From contig JBAZXH010000001.1 in the NCBI GenBank assembly GCA_041659945.1, forward strand, positions 262,742 through 326,741: a stretch of DNA of 64,000 nucleotides, read 5' to 3'. The notes below the pieces were generated by a model. It had not been told where the DNA came from, ran no database searches, and worked only from the letters and a program-made list of their open reading frames with translations. The stretch comes from Candidatus Pacearchaeota archaeon (GTDB taxonomy: Archaea > Nanobdellota > Nanobdellia > Pacearchaeales > GW2011-AR1). Positions 10,117 through 16,901 of the stretch are shown one piece after another. The translations under genes were made by a program, and so were the position numbers. Position 1 is the first letter of the stretch. The number at the start of each line of letters is the position of its first letter.

Positions 10117-10173
10117 GTTTACCTCTAATTAATGATGCTTTTAGAATTTATCTAGCTTATTAATATTATTGTT

Positions 10174-10872
10174 TTAATATGGTAGCAGAGCATATCCCAG
10201 GAAGACAAGACATATTAAACCTAGAACAACCCAAAGAGTTGGAAGACCTCCAATTCTTGTTCCACTTCCTAGCTGGCCACCGCTAAAGAATATTTTTGCT
10301 CCGTCTAGATTGCTTAGAGGGATCATTGAAAAACAAGCATAGTAAATGCTTAGTCTTGAAAACTCTGGAAATCCGGCAATGTAACCAACAATTGCAGCCA
10401 ATAGGCTGGCAATAACGCCGGCAGCAGCAATTAATCCAATGTGAATTTCAGTCATTTCTGTAAATCTGTGAATTCCGTGCATTTTACTTGTACGAGCAGT
10501 TGTTGAATAAACATCAAATTCTAGCAAAGTCATTATCATTAGATAGCCATAGGATAATAGTGATAAAATAAATGGAACTAAAATTCCTGCAGGAATTGGT
10601 TTGTTAAAATGAGATTCTTTTTTGAAACCGTATCTTCCAATTACCCAGATTTGATGTTGTATTTTTGCTTCATAGTAAAAGGCAGCTATTTTTTTTGCAA
10701 AAACATTTACAAGAATTACTATTGCAACTAAAATTAAATTAAACAAGAGGAAATAGTAGGAAAAAGTCTGGCCAGTGGTCATGTAGTGAAATGTTACTAT
10801 TCCGGTCAAGAGAATTATGACTATTAGAATGCTAGTGAATTCTTTGACCCCTGGAGATGCGCCCTCTGACAT
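10174..10872 (-). CDS. Polytopic membrane protein, M50/site-2-protease-like but without a visible HExxH
   Basis: Multiple TM segments. MIPLSNLDGAKIF resembles the S2P NxxPxxxLDG motif. The position where HExxH is expected reads VFAKKIAAFYYEAKI. Confidence 0.5.
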   Translation of the reverse strand: MSEGASPGVKEFTSILIVIILLTGIVTFHYMTTGQTFSYYFLLFNLILVAIVILVNVFAKKIAAFYYEAKIQHQIWVIGRYGFKKESHFNKPIPAGILVPFILSLLSYGYLMIMTLLEFDVYSTTARTSKMHGIHRFTEMTEIHIGLIAAAGVIASLLAAIVGYIAGFPEFSRLSIYYACFSMIPLSNLDGAKIFFSGGQLGSGTRIGGLPTLWVVLGLICLVFLGYALLPY

Positions 10873-10965
10873 TATTTAAATATAGTATTATTTTCTTATA
10901 AATGTTCTGTTTATTATGATTTGGCCATAGAAAAGTATATAAATGGGTGACTGCTAAATTGTTTT

Positions 10966-11238
10966 ATGCTTAAAATAAAAAAGATAAGTGAGGTTATTGG
11001 AAAGAAGGCTTTTACCGACGAAGGAAACTTTTTCGGAGAAGTTGAAGAGGTGAATCTTGTGAATAATAAAATTGAGAGCTGGAGAATTAGACTTAAGCCA
11101 GGTTTGAACAACATCTTTAGTGGTGCTAGAGGAGTTATTATACCTCATAGCTATGTAAGGTCTATTGGAGATGTTTTTGTTATAAGCCAAATGGCAGTTC
11201 CTGCTCAACAGCAAGAGTTGCCCGAGTTCACACAATAA
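10966..11238 (+). CDS. PRC-barrel domain protein (90 aa)
   Basis: KISEVIGKKAFTDEGNFFGEVEEVNLVNNKIESWRIRL fits the PRC-barrel pattern. tatataaa lies ~26 nt upstream of the ATG. The two overlapping minus-strand ORFs have no motif or promoter support. Confidence 0.7.
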   Translation: MLKIKKISEVIGKKAFTDEGNFFGEVEEVNLVNNKIESWRIRLKPGLNNIFSGARGVIIPHSYVRSIGDVFVISQMAVPAQQQELPEFTQ

Positions 11239-11247
11239 TAAAAAACA

Positions 11248-11784
11248 ATGGCAACAATCTTAGAAAGCTACTTTGCAGTTAATGTGATATATCCTTTTTT
11301 GCTTTCTTTTACATTAATTTTTGCTATTCTTCAGAAATCTAAAATTCTTGGTGATGATAAAAAGCAAATAGATGCTTTGGTGGCATTTTCAATATCAATT
11401 ATTTTTGTAACTTTTTCATGGGCAACAGGTATTGTTTCAGCAATGATGCCTTTTTTGGCAGTATCTTTGGTTATTTTACTTGTATTTATGATTTTATACG
11501 GGTTTGTTGCTAGTACAAATACTAATGGGCTTGTTATGGGTGCGGGTTTAAAAAAAGGATTAGGAGTTTTGGCTGCTTTAGCTGTTATTGTTGCTGTTAT
11601 TGTTGCAACAGGTCAGTGGGATAAGGTAGTTGGTTCGCTGTTTAGCAGTGGAGGTCAGACAACTGGTTTGGCTTCAAATATTTTGTTAATTGCAATTATT
11701 ATTGGAGCATTGGCCGTTGTTTGGAGAGCACCCGGATCTGATAAGGGAAAAGGATCAAAATCAAGTGGTGGATCTACTGAATAA
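11248..11784 (+). CDS. Small polytopic membrane protein, paralog A1 of a window-expanded family
   Basis: 4-5 TM segments. Shares the N-terminal core PFLLSFTLIFAILQKSKILGDD with the next two genes. Confidence 0.7.
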   Translation: MATILESYFAVNVIYPFLLSFTLIFAILQKSKILGDDKKQIDALVAFSISIIFVTFSWATGIVSAMMPFLAVSLVILLVFMILYGFVASTNTNGLVMGAGLKKGLGVLAALAVIVAVIVATGQWDKVVGSLFSSGGQTTGLASNILLIAIIIGALAVVWRAPGSDKGKGSKSSGGSTE

Positions 11785-11923
11785 TTTTGAAAATATAAAG
11801 ATGAAATCTTAAAGTTTATTTCTTAATTTTTATTTAACAATATAATCTTGCTAATTTATAACATGATAAGATACAAAAATCATAAGACGAAAGGTATTTA
11901 AATAAGATTTTTGTTTTATTATC

Positions 11924-12487
11924 ATGGTACAGGGAATAGGGGTGATATTGCAACAGTGGGCAGAGATGGATATTTTTTTCTATGTGTTGCCTTTTTTGTT
12001 AATATTTGCATTGGTATTTGCAATTTTACAAAAAGTCCAGTTAATGGGTGCGGGTGCTGGTAAAGATCCTGACGGTTATACTCATAATAGAGGAGTAAGT
12101 GCAATCATTGCTGTTTGTGTTGGATTGTTAGCTTTACAATTTGATTCAGTACCCGTATTTTTTAGTATTATATTTCCTAAGTTAGGAATTGGTTTGTCTA
12201 TAATGTTAGTAATTTTAATTTTTGCTGGATATTTTATTGACTTTAAGACAAAACAAGCAGGAATATTATTTTTTGGAGTAGGAGGAGTTATTGCTTTAAT
12301 AATAGTTATGACTTCATTTGTAGACTATAGTTGGTGGACTGGGGGTTTTTGGCAGGATAATCTTTCTGCGATAGTTGCAGGAATAATTATTTTAGTTTTT
12401 GTTGGAGTTGTTGTAGGAACTGGTGGAAAAGGTAATGATCCAAAACATATTAATTGGTTATATAGGGATATTGCTCCTGGACCCTGA
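11924..12487 (+). CDS. Small polytopic membrane protein, paralog A2
   Basis: LPFLLIFALVFAILQKVQLMG core. BRE/TATA (gaaaggtatttaaata) lies ~24 nt upstream of the ATG. Confidence 0.7.
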   Translation: MVQGIGVILQQWAEMDIFFYVLPFLLIFALVFAILQKVQLMGAGAGKDPDGYTHNRGVSAIIAVCVGLLALQFDSVPVFFSIIFPKLGIGLSIMLVILIFAGYFIDFKTKQAGILFFGVGGVIALIIVMTSFVDYSWWTGGFWQDNLSAIVAGIIILVFVGVVVGTGGKGNDPKHINWLYRDIAPGP

Positions 12488-12507
12488 ACATAAATATTTA
12501 AAATAAA

Positions 12508-13017
12508 ATGGCAATGTTAGATTTATCTTGGCTTTCATATTACATAACTATCTTTGGATTTCTTTTTGTTTTTACAATTATGCTTGCAATTCTTAGTAAA
12601 ACTAAAATTTTAGGAGATAGTTCAAATTGGGCAAACATCCTTGTTTCTTTGGTTTTTGCAATTGTTTTTGTTACATTTTCTCCTGGAGTTGAGTATGTGC
12701 AGACAATTATTCCGTGGTTTGTAATTTTAATTATTGCTTTATTTTTTGTATTGATAATTGTAGGTTTTTCTCAGAAAAAGATGGACGATTTCATGAAACC
12801 TGGTTTGGGTTGGGTGTTTATTATTTTATTGGCTATTGTTTTTATTGTTGCGGCAATAAAAGTGTTTAATCCAATATTTGTGCAGTTTTTACCCGGAACT
12901 GCTTCAAGTGCATCCGGTATAAAGAGCTTTTTTTATTCTGAGCGATTTCTTGGAGGAGCTTTGTTGCTGATAATAGCTGCCGCAGCTGCTTGGGTTTTAA
13001 CTAAGAAAGTTAAGTGA
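12508..13017 (+). CDS. Small polytopic membrane protein, paralog A3
   Basis: FLFVFTIMLAILSKTKILGDS core, with the same length class and TM layout as A1 and A2. Confidence 0.7.
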   Translation: MAMLDLSWLSYYITIFGFLFVFTIMLAILSKTKILGDSSNWANILVSLVFAIVFVTFSPGVEYVQTIIPWFVILIIALFFVLIIVGFSQKKMDDFMKPGLGWVFIILLAIVFIVAAIKVFNPIFVQFLPGTASSASGIKSFFYSERFLGGALLLIIAAAAAWVLTKKVK

Positions 13018-13071
13018 TTCTTCTTAAAACTGATTTTTGAAATAATCTAAAAATCTTTTGAAAATGTAATC

Positions 13072-13172
13072 TGAAAATGTATAAACAATAATTCGCGCTG
13101 CTCATTAAACTTCTGTAAGTTTTAGTTTAGTTTTATGGATGATGAATTAATCATCTTTAAACTTTGAATTTT
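13072..13172. repeat. Conserved intergenic element, copy 1 (possible small ncRNA gene or shared terminator/regulatory module)
   Basis: Alignable with 30074-30197. Shared segments: tgaaaat(g)tataaa.acaat; an identical 19-mer acttctgtaagttttagtt (13109-13127 vs 30112-30130); and aaactttRaatttt (13159-13172 vs 30184-30197). Both copies sit between convergent genes. Confidence 0.45.
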
Positions 13173-13228
13173 CCGTAAGAAAATTCTTATGACATGTTTT
13201 CAAGATTATATTAAAACTTTTAAGAAAA

Positions 13229-14269
13229 TTATTTCTTTGATTTTTTGCTAGAAGTTTTATGAGTAGCCTTTGTGTGGAATTTGTGAGGAGACCTTAGAGA
13301 AATTCTTTCTACTTCTCTTACATTATTTACTAGCGGGTTTAGAACCTTGCTGAAACTTGATTGAGTTTGCTGCAGTTCAGATTTAATATCTTCAATATTT
13401 TGGCTTTGTTCCATTGTTTTTCTCATTATTGAATTTTGTATTTGGTCTATTATTGATTCTATTCTTTGAAGTCTTTGATCAATCTTTTCAACTTTAGATT
13501 CAACAAGAGCCTTTGCTTCTGCAAGAGTTCTAACATCTGTACTTGTTTTTGAGAGTTTTTCGCTTATTAGCTGATCGGCTATTTCACTTATTGTTTCTGT
13601 GCTATAGCCATAACCCTGATCATAACCTCCTCCTGCATTTTGTTGTTGACCTTCGGGCATCATTCCAGTATTGTCATATCCACCATAACCTTCCTGTGAA
13701 TAACCCTGCCCTTGAGATGAATAATCGGGGTTTTCAGTTCCAGCATAACCTTGAGTTTGAGCATTCATTTCAGGAGACATTTCTTGAGATCCAGCATATT
13801 CTGGCCCGTAGCTGTATGATTGATCATAGGTTGGATATTGTTGTGTTTCCTGTCCTTGAGGTTGCATTGCAGCACCAAGATCGTAGCTTGATTGAGTTTG
13901 TTGGTATGGATCTTGCTGAACTGGCGTGCTTTGATATTGGTTTGCATTTGGATATTGATTTTGAGGATATTGTCCGGGAGAGGTTTGTTGCATATTTTGA
14001 CCATAATTTGAATCATAACCTTGTTGTGGAGGCATTCCTGCTTGATTTGTGATTGATTGCTGCATATTATTTTGGCTTGCTTGGGAAGGATCTTCGCTCA
14101 TGTTAACACTTTGAATGCCTGGATTTGTTACGGCTTCTCTTATTTTTAGTTGAGCCATGGCATCATTTATTTCTCTTGGAGAAACTCCTTTAGCTTGAAG
14201 AGAGCCAGCTATATCTCTGTCTCCATAACCCATTTGTTTCATTTGTTTAACTTGATCTAGTAGCGCCAT
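13229..14269 (-). CDS. Q/Y/G/P-rich low-complexity protein with a folded N-terminal ~45 aa and a C-terminal coiled coil
   Basis: N-terminus MALLDQVKQMKQMGYGDRDIAGSLQAKGVSPREINDAMAQ. The central ~170 aa are dominated by Q, Y, G, P, N, S and M. C-terminal heptad-like region (VEKIDQRLQRIESIIDQIQNSI). The start overlaps the upstream stop by 1 nt (TAATG). Confidence 0.75.
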   Translation of the reverse strand: MALLDQVKQMKQMGYGDRDIAGSLQAKGVSPREINDAMAQLKIREAVTNPGIQSVNMSEDPSQASQNNMQQSITNQAGMPPQQGYDSNYGQNMQQTSPGQYPQNQYPNANQYQSTPVQQDPYQQTQSSYDLGAAMQPQGQETQQYPTYDQSYSYGPEYAGSQEMSPEMNAQTQGYAGTENPDYSSQGQGYSQEGYGGYDNTGMMPEGQQQNAGGGYDQGYGYSTETISEIADQLISEKLSKTSTDVRTLAEAKALVESKVEKIDQRLQRIESIIDQIQNSIMRKTMEQSQNIEDIKSELQQTQSSFSKVLNPLVNNVREVERISLRSPHKFHTKATHKTSSKKSKK

Positions 14270-14712
14270 TATAGTTTATTTCTCCAAAAGTCGTGTTTTT
14301 GATATTCACTAGCCTCTTTTGATTCATTTTCCTCTGATTTATTATGTTGGTGGTGTTTATTTAGTTTTTCATCAACTATTTTTTCAACGTCTTCTATTCT
14401 TGCAAATTTTAATGGCTCAAACATTTTTAATTGCCTTGAAAGAATTGCAAGTTCTTCTTTTCTAGCACTTTTTGCTATCTCATCTGAAAACAATTGAATT
14501 AAATCTTTTATTCTTCTGACGTCGGTTTTTAGCTCATCAATTGTTTTTTTTATTTCAATAATATCTGATGAATTTTTTTCTTGAAAGTCTATTAGGTTTT
14601 GACCAAGCAATAAAACCCTTTCTTTTGTTAATCTTTGATTTTCTTCCAAGTCTCTTATTCTGAGACCTATTTCATATGAAACTGAATCCTGTGAAAGCTC
14701 TTCTTGCACCAT
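14269..14712 (-). CDS. Coiled-coil protein (147 aa), co-operonic with the Q-rich protein
   Basis: Charged heptad-like sequence throughout (IIEIKKTIDELKTDVRRIKDLIQ). Its stop overlaps the downstream start. Confidence 0.7.
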   Translation of the reverse strand: MVQEELSQDSVSYEIGLRIRDLEENQRLTKERVLLLGQNLIDFQEKNSSDIIEIKKTIDELKTDVRRIKDLIQLFSDEIAKSARKEELAILSRQLKMFEPLKFARIEDVEKIVDEKLNKHHQHNKSEENESKEASEYQKHDFWRNKL

Positions 14713-14803
14713 CTTTTTACAAAATAATGATGTTAAGGGGGTTTAAAATTGTTACGGCAACAATTTTAATGGTTGTTATTTGGGAGTTTTTGTTAAATTA
14801 TTT

Positions 14804-14821
14804 CCGAAAGATATATATATC
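14804..14821 (+). promoter_or_regulatory. BRE/TATA-like promoter of the 14893 surface-protein gene; a GGAGG Shine-Dalgarno follows at 14873-14877
   Basis: ccgaaagatatatatatc matches the cgaaa+TATA pattern recurring upstream of genes in this window. aggagg lies ~15 nt before the ATG at 14893. Confidence 0.45.
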
Positions 14822-14892
14822 TTTTTTTATTTTAATTGTAAGTTTATTTATGAAGTTAGTTATTAGGTGAAAGGAGGTTAAAAAAATAAAAG

Positions 14893-16743
14893 ATGGTGAA
14901 AAATGTGAATAATTTTCGCGGAAAACAGTTAGCTATTCTTATTGGCGTTGTGGTTGTTGTTGGTCTTATTGCTGGATTTATCGGAAGTGGAGTAGGAAAT
15001 TTGACAGCAAATGTAATAAAAGATTCTCAAGCTGGCGCTGGTAAAGCAAATGCTGGTGCAGTATTATTAGAAGATACTTCAACAAAGACTGCTTGGCAAA
15101 TAACACATAGAGGAAGTGCTGCTGGAAATGAAGCTGGAGATTTGGCCGTGTATTATAAAGATGCTCAGGGGAATTGGTCTAATAAAATGACTCTTGATAA
15201 AAATGGAGAAATGACTGTTAATGGAGGGATAGTAGCTACTTATCATAGAGGAGCTAAATTAATCTTACAAGATGGAAGTTATGTAGTAAAAGATTCATCA
15301 AATGTTTATGGAGCTGTTACATCAATAACTTCGTTTGGAGGGAAAGTTTCTAAGTTTACAATTAATGTGACTCCTTATGCAATGGATAACCGAGTACCAT
15401 ATGTAAAACTTGGAAGTTCATTGATAGATCCAGTTTTTGAAAGCTTTAATTGGAATTTTATATCAGTAAATCCTGATCTTTTAGATAGCTCAAGAGAGTT
15501 GATTGAGATAAAATCTTCTGGAGAACAAAGAGGTCATTTGAAGTTTACTAATAGAGTTGGAAGTGTATATGACCTAGATTTGTTTAAACCAAGTAGCATT
15601 GTTGTAGGTAGTGGTTTAAATTCTACAATGCTTGGATTTGATACATACAGAGTAGTTTCCAATGCTTCAGGGATAACAAGAGAAAGAGATTTAGTTATAA
15701 CACGAAGTGGACAATATTCTCAAATTTGGGAAGTTGTTAGAATTGATGTAACTAATCGTCGTGTAACTCTTAAAGATAAGGGAACTAATGGTATGGAGGC
15801 AGCAGTAACTTTAAGTGGAAGTAATATTGGAGCTATTGGAGATTTAGTACTTTCAGATGGGAGTAGTGCAATAATTACATTAGCTAATAATGTGTCAATT
15901 GCAAATGTTGCACCGAATATAGTTGTTAGTAAAGCTGATTCAGTAATATACACTTATAATGGAGCAAAAATAGACTTAACTTATCTATCTGACCCAGTTA
16001 GGTATCAAAGAATTGGACCAGGAATTATACAAATAACTGAAGAAACCCCATATAACTTGGGTGATTATAGGAATAATGCTGGAAAGATTTTGGGAACTGC
16101 AGCTATTAATGTCACAATGAGATATAACAGTGCAACAAGATCAGGAAATGATCTTGAAATCAGTTCTGTATCTGTGCCTGGTGCAAGTGCAATAAGAGTT
16201 GGTGACTATGATGACTATTATCTAGATGCTTATGGTAGCTACATAAAGAACATTGGTAACTATGATAAGGTGTTTGATATGCTTTACTCTGGAAGTGCTA
16301 CTAACTATGGATTTTATCTAAACTCTTTAGTTGGTGGAGATTCAAAAGCGGTTGAAACCTCGGGCCAAAAATTATACCTTGGTGATTATATGAGTACAAC
16401 TAAGGAAGCTATGACGAAGTCTGACATGCCCACGCTTTTAGCTGATGGTAAGATTGTTGGAAATGATGGAGTAAGATATGATTACAATCAAGTAATTAAA
16501 GTTCCAAATTCCTACATTACATACAGTAAGACAATGGACAATCTTGTAACTCCTGTGTTAAATGCGTATTTTGAAACGACAGGTAAAGGTTATAGTATGT
16601 CAATTGTTTTTCCTACAGCCGTTGATCCTAAAAAGTTGGTAAATCAAGAGATTACTTTATTTGGAAAGAAGTATAGATTCTCTGCAAATGCCGATGATTT
16701 GAGTACTAATAAGTTAGTCTTATATGAGTATCAACTAAAATAA
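14893..16743 (+). CDS. Large surface protein with an N-terminal basic/hydrophobic anchor or class-III-like signal (candidate S-layer or pilus-associated protein)
   Basis: N-terminus MVKNVNNFRGKQLAILIGVVVVVGLIAGF. The remainder is beta-rich and T/S/N/G-rich with many NxS/T sequons. It has its own promoter, SD and a strong terminator hairpin. Confidence 0.75.
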   Translation: MVKNVNNFRGKQLAILIGVVVVVGLIAGFIGSGVGNLTANVIKDSQAGAGKANAGAVLLEDTSTKTAWQITHRGSAAGNEAGDLAVYYKDAQGNWSNKMTLDKNGEMTVNGGIVATYHRGAKLILQDGSYVVKDSSNVYGAVTSITSFGGKVSKFTINVTPYAMDNRVPYVKLGSSLIDPVFESFNWNFISVNPDLLDSSRELIEIKSSGEQRGHLKFTNRVGSVYDLDLFKPSSIVVGSGLNSTMLGFDTYRVVSNASGITRERDLVITRSGQYSQIWEVVRIDVTNRRVTLKDKGTNGMEAAVTLSGSNIGAIGDLVLSDGSSAIITLANNVSIANVAPNIVVSKADSVIYTYNGAKIDLTYLSDPVRYQRIGPGIIQITEETPYNLGDYRNNAGKILGTAAINVTMRYNSATRSGNDLEISSVSVPGASAIRVGDYDDYYLDAYGSYIKNIGNYDKVFDMLYSGSATNYGFYLNSLVGGDSKAVETSGQKLYLGDYMSTTKEAMTKSDMPTLLADGKIVGNDGVRYDYNQVIKVPNSYITYSKTMDNLVTPVLNAYFETTGKGYSMSIVFPTAVDPKKLVNQEITLFGKKYRFSANADDLSTNKLVLYEYQLK

Positions 16744-16754
16744 ATTTTTTAAAG

Positions 16755-16796
16755 ATGCCCAAGGACTTTTGTTCTTGGCATTTCTTTCTTTTTTTA
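16755..16796 (+). terminator. Hairpin plus T-tract terminator after the surface-protein gene
   Basis: atgcccaaggac-tttt-gttcttggcat forms an ~11-bp stem with one bulged C, followed directly by tttctttcttttttt. Confidence 0.5.
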
Positions 16797-16901
16797 TTAA
16801 TACTTAACTAAATCCTAATAGTTTTCTACCATAATTTTAACCATAGAAAACTATTTTAATCGATTTTAGATTCTTTATTTGTTATAAAGAGGAAAAAAGA
16901 G

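Noticed and set aside
13130-13160. C/D-box sRNA interpretation of the conserved intergenic element (atgatga at 13140-13146)
   Set aside because: The putative C box is not conserved in copy 2 (ctgattaat instead). No matching D box (ctga) lies at the right distance downstream in copy 1.
13543-14052. 169-aa plus-strand ORF (and 13765-14016 minus) inside the Q-rich gene
   Set aside because: It is antisense or out of frame relative to a longer ORF that has a coupled start and coherent domain structure. Its translation is H/L/F-rich nonsense, typical of the reverse frames of a repetitive CAA/CAG-rich region.
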